64,000 nucleotides of DNA from Octopus sinensis. Lineage: Eukaryota. Within the stretch, counting starts at the first letter, position 1; each line of letters opens with the position of its first letter. The DNA lies in NCBI RefSeq assembly GCF_006345805.1, contig NC_043022.1, positions 13,454,001-13,518,000 on the forward strand. Direction: 5' to 3'. The notes under the pieces are model-generated. The model was not told the origin of the DNA. It saw only the letters and a list, made by a program, of their open reading frames with translations, and made no database searches. Positions 40,134 to 52,273 of this stretch are shown one piece after another. The translations under genes and the position numbers were made by a program.

Positions 40134-43100
40134 AGGAGTAAAGCAATTTCTTAGCTCATTTAAAATTTCCACAAACATTTTTGCTACACAAAAAAATATT
40201 GTTGAATGAATAAAGAAATTTTGAATGAGTTAAGAAATTGCTTCACTCCTTCTTATTGTTTGAAGCAATTATATACCAACGAGAGTAATCCATCTTTTGT
40301 GTGGCAGCAAAATTTCCTATGGCCCCAAAAATCCTGAGGCGAATTTTCCTGCAGCAAACTTTCTGGATATGGGCAATACAGAACAACTCCATACAGGGAA
40401 GGAAGATAATCTCAAAATTGGAAAATTTTCCAAAGTTCATACGCTTTTAACTAACACTCTATCAATAACAATAACCATTCCAGTTGATCCAATCAATGGA
40501 ATAGCCTGCTCGTGAAATTAACGTGCAAGTGGTCGAGTATTCCACAGACATGCATATTAAGGTGGAGTGAAAGTAAAAAAATTGTGGAAATTGAAAATGC
40601 CCGAGGACTAAAATGTTGCTATGTTTTATTACTAGTAAAATGCTAAATTTTCGCTGAGATCAAGGGCATTTACTCTCTCAAGCCCCCTAAACTCCGAAAA
40701 TGGGGGGTGGGGTTGTAAATTTTTTACAATAGTGGAGTTTGGGGTGTTTGAAGGAGTAAATACCCTTGACTGATCTAAGCGAAAATTTATCAATTTTCTA
40801 GTAATAATGTATAGCAAGATTTTAGGCCTCGGGCATTTTCAATTTTTTATTTTCACTCCACTGCATCTGTCCAGTTCAAGTGCTAAAGAGTTAAATCTAT
40901 TCCACTCCAAAATCTGCTAGGCATGAAGAAACAGATATTTGAGAAGACAAGCAAACAAGAGACAATGGCCAAAGGAGAGGACGGAGAAGAAGAAGAAGAA
41001 GAGGAGGAGGAGGAAGGGGAAGGGAGGAAAACTATGGGGAGGAGGGGAGGAGGAGGGGGAAGAAAGAAGGAAAACTAAGGGGTAGAGTGGAGAGAAAAAG
41101 AAAAAGAGGAGAAAGTGAAGGAGGAGGAAGAGGAGAAAATGGAAGAGGGGAGGAGGAGGAGAAAGGAGAAAGATAAAAGGAGGAAGAGGAGGGGAGGAGG
41201 AAGAAAAAGAGGAGAAAGTTGAGGAAGCGGTGGGGAGGAGGAGGTGGCAAACAAGAAGAAAAAGAAAGGTAACAGCAACCAAAGAAGATTGAGTTGGTTT
41301 CAAAGCAACAATCGGCAAAACATTTTCTGGAGCTGAGAGGTTCTGGAGTCTGTGAACGAACTTACCTGAAATAGGAGGTCTTGGAGGTGGAGGCATTGGG
41401 GGAACTTGCTGTGAGTTTTGTTGGTCAGATGGAGGTGGAGGCGGTCTCGTGAGAGGTGGTGGTGGAGGGTATGATGGTGGTTGACCTGCAAGAAAAGACA
41501 ATATGATAATTAGGGTTCAAACACAACAGACAGACATCAGGGTCAGTGGTAGATTCATTTCAAAAACATGAATGCATCCACACATATGGGGGCTGATCAA
41601 TAAGTATTCAGATCGTTGCCATAGTAACCGTGAACACTGGCCAATAACTGAAACGAGTAAAAGCTAAAAGATATTGGTAGGGACACATTTCAGTCCGTCT
41701 CCGTGGCACTTTGGGTGGTGATTTCCACTATAGCCCCGAGGTGAGCAAGGTCAATCAACCAGCTCTGAAGAGCAGAGGCTACTGTAGTAGTGCTAGAGAC
41801 AGGCAAGGAGTGGACATAGCATGTCTGTGGACTGTAGGCTGGAGTGTGATGGTAAGTAATTTCATACCAGTCAGCTGTGGGATCTTTTTGGGGTGAAATG
41901 TGGTCTAGGATGTTTGTGTGTGTAACAGCAGCCGCAGCACTGTCCCTGATATACTCTTTTACTTGTTTCAGTCATGTGACTGCGGCCATGCTGGAGCACC
42001 GCGTTTAATCGATCAAATCGACCCCGGGACTTATTCTTTTGTAAGACCAGTATTTATTCCATCGGTCTCTTTTGCCGAACTGCTAAGTAACAGGGACATA
42101 AACACACCAGCAATGGTTGTCAAGCAATGCTAGGGGGACAAACACACACACACACGCATATATATATATATACATATATACGACGGGCTTCTTTCAGTTT
42201 CCGTCTACCAAATCCACTCCCAAGGCTTTGGTCGGCCCGGGGCTATAGTAGAAGACACTTGCCCAAGGTGCCACGCAGTGGGACTGCACCCAGAACCATG
42301 TGGCTAGTAAGCAAGCTACTTACCACATAGCCACTCCTGCGCCTGTATGGGAGCAGTACTGTAATGGGAGTCTGGAATATCTGTGTATACAACACCAGCA
42401 CCAACCTAGATGTGGGGGGGGGGATAATAACACTCCCCTGTGACCACCACCAATGTAGATGATGAGCTGGCCACACTGCACGAATGAAGGGCAACAGATG
42501 GACAATCAGGGTGACAGAATGGACACAAAGACAATGGACAAGAATGAGAGGCTGACCAAAGACAAGACGATCTCATCCGCTACTAGGGGCCTACATGTCC
42601 ATGGCTGGCCAGAGACAGACAGCAGTGGAAGGAGTCCAGAGAGGGGCTTCTTCTTCAGGAGTGATAAAACCCTGGATATGGAAATGGTGAACATCACCTA
42701 AACTTTGAAGGGATTTAGCAAACTCCTGGGAGCCAAAGAATTTTCAAACCCTGAAGAGAAAGGCCATCTTTTGTGATACAGTTTCAGCTTTTTTTTTTTT
42801 TGTTTCAGCTCAGAGCTGGGGCCATGCTGATGCACCGCCGCTATGCTAAAGATCTGAATTCTTACAAGAGACATCCTCAGTAATGGTGAAGTCTGGCATT
42901 AGTGGAAGTCCCAACAGGGTCTAGTTGAGCATTGATCATGTTAGGAAAGGGGAAATGAAATTTCCTTGATCTGTGTCATTGAGCTGTAGAAGACAAAGTT
43001 GGAACGATCCCTCTTAAAGGATGGTCACCAGATCTGCATTCATGGAATCAGGGCAGATTTAGCATGAAGGGTGTAGGATGCAATACTTGATACTTGGGTG

Positions 43101-46100
43101 TACAAGGATAAAAGAAGAACAAAGGTTGACACATACATGCATGTATGTGTGAGTGTGTACACACGTGTATGTGTATATGCAGGTGTGCATGCATACACAC
43201 AAGAAATGAATACACATTTACTCTGTGATGAACTTACCTGGAGGAGGTGCTCCACTTGGTGGTGGAAATGAAGGCATTCCGGGAGGCATAGGAGGTGGTG
43301 GCATGCTTCCTGCAACAGGTGGCGGCACAGGTAATGATGAAGGTGGTGGCACAGGTGGAGGAGGGCCGGTTGCCGTTGAGACAATGGTTCCATTGGGTAT
43401 TCCTGAAAAGTAACAGAACCAGAAACACAATTGAAATCCACAGGGAACATTGCACACTTATAAAACACACACAAATATGTAAGAGCAAATCACATATATC
43501 ATCATCATCATTTTAAATTCATTTTCCATGCTTGTGGAGGTCAAAACAGAATTCCTTGAGGCAGATTAAACAAGGGCCAGCACCCGGTTTCCATACCTGC
43601 TTCAGTTATCTCCCTTCACATACTTTGTTAAATCCGTTATGAAAGGCGTTCTTCCATCAACATTTTTGTGGAAAGTGCCTATCACTGATATTCCGACCAG
43701 GAACCAGTCCAGGAATCAAGCTCGCAATTTCATGAATATAATAAACCCAACTCTCTATCCACTGAGCCATATGCCTTCACACACACACACACACACACAG
43801 TCTTTCAAGACATGACATAATGTCACCCCCCTTTACTACATCCCCCACCTCAGTCGAGAATGCTTTTTGTTTGTCTTGCAAGTTACTTGATGACCTCACT
43901 AGTGCCAGTACTATGGAAAAACACACACACTACTACTTCGGTGATCGCTACCAGCGTCGCCTTACTGGCACATGAAGTGATCATTACCAGTGCCACCTTA
44001 CTGGCATTTGTGCTGGTGGCACGTGAAGTGATCGTTACCATTGTCGCCTTACTGGCACTTGTGCCGGTGGCACGTGAAAGACAACATTCGAGTGAGGTCG
44101 TTGCCAGTGCAACTGGACTGGCTCCTGTGCAGGTGACACATAAAAAACACCATTTGAGCGTGGATGTTGCCAGTACTGCCTGACTGGCCTTCATGCACGT
44201 AAAAGCACCCACTACACTCTCAGAGTGGTTGGCATTAGGAAGGGCATCCAGCTATAGAAACACTGCCAGATCAAGATTGGAGCCTGGTGCAGCCATCTGG
44301 TTCAAATCGTCCAACCCATGCTAGCATGGAAAGCAGACATTAAACGATCATGATGATGATGATGATGACTACACACTGTAAGGTAATTGATGTCAGGAAG
44401 AAACATCCAACCATAGAAAATGGTACCAAAGCAGACATCGGTGCTTGATGTAGTCCTCCACTTGTTGGATCCTATCAAACTAATACAGGGGTCACCAATT
44501 TTTTTTTACCATAGACCCCCTTTAGCCACTTCTCCTTCTGCATTGACCACCCTCCTTATTTAAAATATCTTAATACCCTACCCTACTGTACCATATCTTA
44601 AATGCGTACTGGGTACTGATGCTGGCAATTAAAATGTTAGCTAAAATATACATACTCTTTTACTTGTTTCAGTCATTTGACTGCGGCCATGCTGGAGCAC
44701 CGCCTTTAGTCGAGCAAATCGACCCCGGGACTTATTCTTTGTAAGCCCAGTACTTATTCTATCGGTCTCTTTTGCCGAACCGCTAAGTGACGGGGACGTA
44801 AACACACCAGCATTGGTTGTCAAGCTATGCTAGGGGGACAAACACAGACACAAACACACACATACATATATACATACACATATATACGACAGGCTTCTTT
44901 CAGTTTCCGTCTACCAAATCCACTCACAAGGCATTGGTCGGCCCGGGGCTATAGCAGAAGACACTTGCCCAAGTTGCCACGCAGTGGGACTGAACCCGGA
45001 ACCATGTGGTTGGTTAGCAAGCTACTTACCACACAGCCACTCCTGCGTCTATATGTACAACAAATTAAGAAATTCTGTTGAAGATGACACACTTTTTACA
45101 TATAAAACCACTTATATCATATATTAAACTTTCAATTTTTATGAAATTGTTTTCATGGTTAGAAAATGTGGAAAATGCATCATATTGCTGGAATATCTTC
45201 TATTGAAATTGACAACATCGACGGGAGGGATGGGCATGGTGCTGACTAAGTATTTCAAACAGTGCATCTGGGTGAGCTGCTCTTTAGCAAGCCGACCCCC
45301 GTTCGACCCTTTGGCTATCGTTGACCCCCCTGTAATTCCTCGCTGACCCCTTTTGGCAATCCCTGGTCTAATACATGCCAGCATGGTGGAAAATGGATAT
45401 GGAATAACAATGGTGATGAAAGTACAAATCTAAGTAAAAGGTTTAGAGCAGGGCTTTTCAAACTTTTTGCTGGAGCGGAACCCCAAGGAAACATTCCACT
45501 GGCTCGAGGAACCCCTGTGCAATAATTTAATAGTAAAATGTTTAGAGCAGTGCTTTTCAAACTTTTTGCTGGAGCGGAACCCCAAGGAAACATTCCACTG
45601 ACTCGAGGAACCCCTGTGCAAAAATTTAATAGTAAAATGTTTAGAGCAGTGCTTTTCAAACTTTTTGCTGGAGCGGAACCCCAAGGAAACATTCCACTGA
45701 CTCGAGGAACCCCTGTGCAATAATTTAATAGTAAAATGTTTAGAGCAGTGCTTTTCAAACTTTTTGCTGGAGCGGAACCCCAAGGAAACATTCCACTGAC
45801 TCGAGGAACCCCTGTGCAATAATTTAATAGTAAAATGTTTAGAGCAGTGCTTTTCAAACTTTTTGCTGGAGCGGAACCCCAAGGAAACATTCCACTGACT
45901 CGAGGAACCCCAGTGCAATAATTTAATAGTAAAATGTTTAGAGCAGTGCTTTTCAAACTTTTTGCTGGAGCGGAACCCCAAGGAAACATTCCACTGGCTC
46001 GGGGAACCCCTGTGCAATAATTTAATAGTAAAATGTTTAGAGCAGTGCTTTTCAAACTTTTTGCTGGAGCGGAACCTCAAGGAAACATTCCACTGGCTAG

Positions 46101-47020
46101 GGGAACCCCTGTGCAATAATTTAATAGTCTTATGCACACATATCTGCACAGGAGAATTAAAAATTACTGCCGATTTCAGCAGAGTTTTGTAACGTCTTGT
46201 GGAACCCCTGGACTGTACTGGCGGAACCCTAAGGTTCCGAGAACCTTGGTTGAAAACCACTGGTTTAGAGGTTAATCTTCCCTCAACGAAAAAATTTAAC
46301 AGGAAACAAAACAGAAAATGTAAAAGAAACTGCTGTTGTAGCTGCTTCAGGTGATGACGCTGACAATGATAGCAGTCTGATGGAAACAGGTTCAAACAGG
46401 TACTTACCAATGCTGATGTTGTTTGCCAGGGACATCATAGGGGTTTGGCAGACAGGTGGAGGAGGTGGTGGAGGAGCAAACGATGATGGAGGGACTGGAG
46501 CGGGAGGTTGTTGGGGAGGTGGAGGAGCATCTGCAAACAACTGATGAGGTCTGTCGGTGAGAGAGAGTGGATTCTGGGCAGCCAAGAGACGTTCTGAAAT
46601 AAAAAGAAAAAAACAATAAAAAGGAAATGGTGAGAGAAAGACCTCAAAAATATTTTTACAAGAATTAAGACAATCAAAAATACATCAATTTTCCATCGGA
46701 ATTTGTTGAGGCAGGCTTTTCTATGGGCAGATGCCATTCCTGCTTTTCAATTATTTATAGTTAATACACATTTTTTTTTAATATCTTTATTTGATAATTA
46801 GTATAAGTTAAGATAGGAACATTTATTATTTATTATCTTAGACCTGATGAGTGACTATATTTTCATATAGAATAAATTTTAGTTTGATTTAATTTTAAAT
46901 CGAATTGATTTTATCATCTATTTAAAAATATACCCACGAAACACGTGTAGTCTTTTTACTACTATTTACAATTTATTGTACTTTATTGAATTGTTTAATA
47001 GAGGTTTTTCTCTAAATTAT

Positions 47021-47052
<32 letters not shown>

Positions 47053-50000
47053 AGATATTTATTTGTATATTACATTTTTTATACATCATATAACTTAGAT
47101 CATGTATTAGGGCTGATATATGATCTAAGTTATATGATATATAAAAAATGTAATATATAAATAAATATCTGTAAATATAAACCATCCGATTTTCTGAGTA
47201 CCTCATTTCTTCTAATATAAAATACCTGTATATCATCTCCAAACCTTCCAATATATATATATATAGATATACACGATAGGCTTCTTTCAGTTTCTGTCTA
47301 CCAAATCCAAGATTTGCTCAGTCAAATATATATATATATATGTGGCTGGTGCAAAGTCCCCTTAAGACCCAAAATAACGTGGTGGTGGAACATATTGTCG
47401 ACAGGGCTATTAGACAAAGAACAGGCTTGGAAGGCCTGGAAGAACGGTGGTAGCAGGGAAGGGTATCAGACTGCCAGAAGGGAAGCTAGGAGACAGGTCT
47501 ATCTAGCCAGAGGGGAAGCAGATAAGAGAAAATTTGCCAATGTCCTGCGCCGTGAGGATGAAAGACTTGAGGTATTTCGTGTTGCAAGACAGTGTGTGAG
47601 AGAGAATCGTGATGTGGTAGGAGAAATGTGTTCGCATGGAGGATGGTTCACTTGCGCTAAATGAGGATGCAAAGAGAGAAGCTTGGAGACGCCACTATGA
47701 AAGGTTACTGAATGAGGAAAATGAATGGATAAAGAGAGTCTGCCGAATGTTGACCCTACAGAGGGACCAGCTATCCGAGTGATAGTTCCGTGGTAGCTAA
47801 GGCAATTAGAAGCATGAAGACAGGGAAAGCCCCAGGCCCATCAGGAATTACTGCAGAGATGCTCAAAATATCTGGCAGTGTCGGCTATAACCTAGTCACC
47901 CGTATAGTCAACCAGGTGATACACGAAGGAGTCATACCCAATGACTGGTGCAGCAGCATACTAGTCAACTGCTACAAAGGTAAAGGTGATGCCCTAGATA
48001 CAAATAATTACAGAGGTATCAAGCTGTTGGATCAAGTAATGAAGGTTACGGAGAGGGTCATAGCCCAACTAATTAGAGAGAGAGTTAGTTTAGATGAGAT
48101 GCAGTTTGGGTTCGTGCCAGGAAAAAGTACCACTGATGCTATATTCCTGGTAAGGCAGCTGCAGGAGAAATACCTAGCCAAAGATAAGCCCCTGTACCTG
48201 GCTTTCGTTGACATGGAGAAAGCTTTTGATAGGGTCCCCCGATCCCTTATCTGGTGGTCAATGAGGAAACTAGGGATAGATGAATGGCTGGTGAGGACTG
48301 TGCAAGCCATGTACAGAGATGCCGTAAGTAAGGTTAGGGTTGGCAACATGTACACAGAAGAATTCAAAGTAGAGGTTGGGGTCCACCAGGGTTCAGTACT
48401 CAGCCCCCTCCTATTTATCATAGTACTCCAGGCAATTACGGAGGAATTCAAGACAGGCTGTCCCTGGGAGCTCCTCTACGCTGACGACCTTGCTCTTATT
48501 GCTGAGTCACTATCAGAACTGGAGGAGAAGTTCCAGGTGTGGAAGGAGGGTTTAGAATCAAGGGGCCTTAGAGTCAACCTAGCTAAACCAAGTACTAATA
48601 CTATAAGTAGAAAGGTAGACAATCCACAAATATCTTCAGGAAGATGGCCCTGCTCGATCTGTAGAAAAGGTGTAGGTAGAAACTCTATAGATGTACCCAG
48701 TGTAAGCTATGGACACATAAGAGGTGCAGCAATGTCAAAGGTAGGCTAACTGGGAAGATAGTTTTTGTATGTGGCAGATGCTCGGAGCATTAACCTCCGA
48801 AAATCTGCAGAAAACAACTTCCGTCACTTCCAAGGGGAAAAACTAGAAGTAGTTGATAGCTTCCGTTATCTAGGTGACCAAGTCAGTAGTGGGGGTGGGT
48901 GCGCTGAAAGTGTAACTGCTAGAATAAGAATAGCCTGGGCAAAGTTTAGGGAGCTCTTACCTCTGCTGGTGACTAAAGGCCTCTCGCTCAGAGTAAAAGG
49001 CAGACTGTATGATGCATGTGTACGAACAGCCATGCTACATGGCAGCGAAACATGGGCTGTGACTGCTGAGGACATGCGTAAGCTCGTGAGGAATGAAGCC
49101 AGTATGCTCCGATGGATGTGTAATGTCAGTGTACATACTCGACAGAGCGTTAGCACCTTGAGAGAAATGTTGTACCTAAGAAGCATCAGTTGTGGTGTGC
49201 AAGAGAGACGATTGCGCTGGTATGGTCATGTGGCGAGAATGGATGAAGATAGGTGTGTGAGAAAGTGCCAATCCCTAGCAGTTGAGGGAACCCGTGGAAG
49301 AGGTAGACCCAGGAAAACCTGGGACGAGGTGGTGAAGCACGACCTTCGAACTTTAGGCCTCACTGAGGAAATGACCAGAGACCGAGACCTTTGAAATATT
49401 CTGTACGTGAGAAGACCAGGCAGGACAAGTGAGCCCAGCCCACTTATGAATACCTTTCCTCCCTTGGACACAAAGACCGGTTGAGGCAAGCGAAGTCGAT
49501 ATAGAACCTCATCCGACGACAGACACCCATCCCAACCCCCCATGCTTGCGAAGACATGTTGGGGCAAGCGAAATCGAAATCGAAATCGAAACCGAATTGA
49601 ACCAGCCAGGATCCCTGGCCTGGTGGTACGTAAAAAGCACTATCCGACTCGGGGCCGTGGCACGTAAAATACTCCAATGCGACCGTACGACAGGCACCCA
49701 TGCCAACCCCCTTTGCTTGTGAAGACATGTTGGGGCAAGCGAAATCGAAATCGAAATCGAATTGAACCAGCCAGGATCCCTGGTCTGGTGGTACGTAAAA
49801 AGCACTATCCGACTCGTGGCCGTGGCACGTAAAATACTCCAATGCGACCGTACGACAGGCACCCTTGCCAACCCCCTTTGCTTGTGAAGACATGTTGGGG
49901 CAAGCGAAATCGAAATCGAATTGAACCAGCCAGGATCCCTGGTCTGGTGGTACGTAAAAAGCACTATCCGACTCGTGGCCGATGCCAGCACCGCCTCGAC

Positions 50001-52221
50001 TGGCTTCCGTGCCAGTGGCACATAAAATACACCAATCTGACCGTGGCCGTTGCCAGCCCCGCCTGGCACCTGTGCAGGTGGCACGTAAAAAGCACCCACT
50101 ACACTCACGGAGTGGTTGGCGTTAGGAAGGGCATCCAGCTGTAGAAACATTGCCAAATTAGACTGGAGCCTGGTGCAGCCTTCTGGCTTCCCAGAACCCC
50201 GGTCGAACCGTCCAACCCATGCTAGCATGGAGAACGGACGTTAAACGACGATGATGATGATGATGATATATATATATATATATATATTCAGATTCTGTCT
50301 GCCTAATCCACTCACAAGGCTTTTGTTGGTCTGAGGCTATAGCAGAAAACACTTTCCCAAGGTGCCACATAGTGGGACTGAACCATGTGGTTAGGAAGCA
50401 AACATCTCAACGCACAGCCACACCTGTACCTATCGTTAAATTACTCTCTTTACTCTTTTACTTGTTTCAGTCATTTGACTGTGGCCATGATGGAGCACCG
50501 CCCTTAGTCGAGCAACTCGACCCCGGGACTTATTCTTTGTAAGCCCAGTACTTATTCTATCGGTCTCTTTTGCCGAACCGCTAAGTGATGGGGACATAAA
50601 CACACCAACATCGGTTGTCAAGCAATGCTAGGGGGACAAACACAGACACACAAACATATACACACACATATATATATATACATACACATATACGACAGGC
50701 TTCTTTCAGTTTCCGTCTACCAAATCCACTCACAAGGCTTTGGTCGGCCCGAGACTATAGTAGAAGACACTTGCCCAAGGTGCCACGCAGTGGGACTGAA
50801 CCCGGAACCATGTGGTTGGTAAGCAAGCTACTTACCACACAGCTACTCCTACGCCTATTATCTGCAAATTATCTACAAAGCCTTTTGCTATTTACAGTGG
50901 TGAGTTTTACTTCATAATGTCTGGTAAACCACCTCTTGCCTACGGCCACTGGTCAGTATGGTGTTAGGATAAACCCACTGACCAGCACCACAACAACCAG
51001 AGTGATATCCAGGTAACCCGTGTGGTTCTTTCTCAGTCTAGTAATGATGAAAATCCACCTCACCTGCAGCAGAACCGTGTTTTTCTCCTTTGATGTCTTT
51101 TTTGAAAGCATATGAAATGGTAATTGGTCTGTTACATAAATACTGTCCATTCATAGCCTCGATAGCAGCATCAGATGCTTCAAAACTGGCAAAGTTTATG
51201 AAAGCATAACCTTTGGAGTTGCCCGTGTCCAAATCTCGCATGATCTAAACGAAGAGAGAAAGAGAAACATAAATGGCATGAAATAAGAGCTCAAAATCTC
51301 TCGTGGAAGCGTCATTCAACCAAAATGCAAATATATGGGAAACTACCACCTGTGTCATCTCTTGTGAAAGGTAGGAGAGTCCAGTTTGCTGGACATTGTT
51401 GTAGAGCTGAAAAAGAAGTAATTTCTACTCTTCTCCTCTGGAAGCCATCTACTCGCAATGCCAGAGGGCGCACACTCTCCTACCCTGATGTAATCTCCAG
51501 GGATACAGGCATCCAGCAACAGGACCTCCGTAATGCTATGATGGACCGTGAAGTCTGGCGTAACATAGTAAATTCCATTGTCTCGACCACGGTCGAGCAA
51601 TGAGGATGATGATTATTATTTCTTTATTGCCCACAAGTGGCTAAACACAGAGGGGACAAACAAGGACAGACAAAGGGATTAAGTCTATTACATCAACCCC
51701 AGTGTGTAACTGGTAGTTAATAATTTATCGACCCGAAAAGGATAAAAGGCAAAGTTGACCTCAGTGGAATTTGAACTGAGAACATAACGACAGACAAAAT
51801 ACTACTAAGCATTTCGCACGGTGTGCTAACGTTCTGCCAGCTCCCTGCCTTATGAAATGGCATCTATTCTATAGATCAGTGTTTCTCGACCTTTTTACCC
51901 TTGCGTAACCCTTAAAAAAAGTTATATGTCTCAAGGAACCCCCGCACAAAAAATATTATATACCATATCTTTCTCGTAGTTCACAAGGTAAATATGATAT
52001 ATATATATGTATATATATATGTGGTTGTTATATTTGTTTGATAACATAATAGGTTAGATAGAGTGATGTCTATATTACAATAACCAATAATGTGTGGTGC
52101 ATGTACCGTAATATTACCATCATGAGATTAGCATTAGCTTATCTCACTCTTTCTCACGGTAGCCCTAGGAACCTTTTGCGGAACCCTAGGGTCCTGGGGA
52201 ACCCCAGCTGAGAAACACTGC

Positions 52222-52273
<52 letters not shown>

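Noticed and set aside
40917-41365. Hydrophobic extension of the 194-aa ORF past the SF3B4 exon donor
   Set aside because: Read-through into a CT-rich low-complexity intron; strong GTAAGT donor at 41365.
45315-46410. 246-aa and 326-aa repetitive ORFs
   Set aside because: Translations of the 99-bp MITE-junction tandem repeat.
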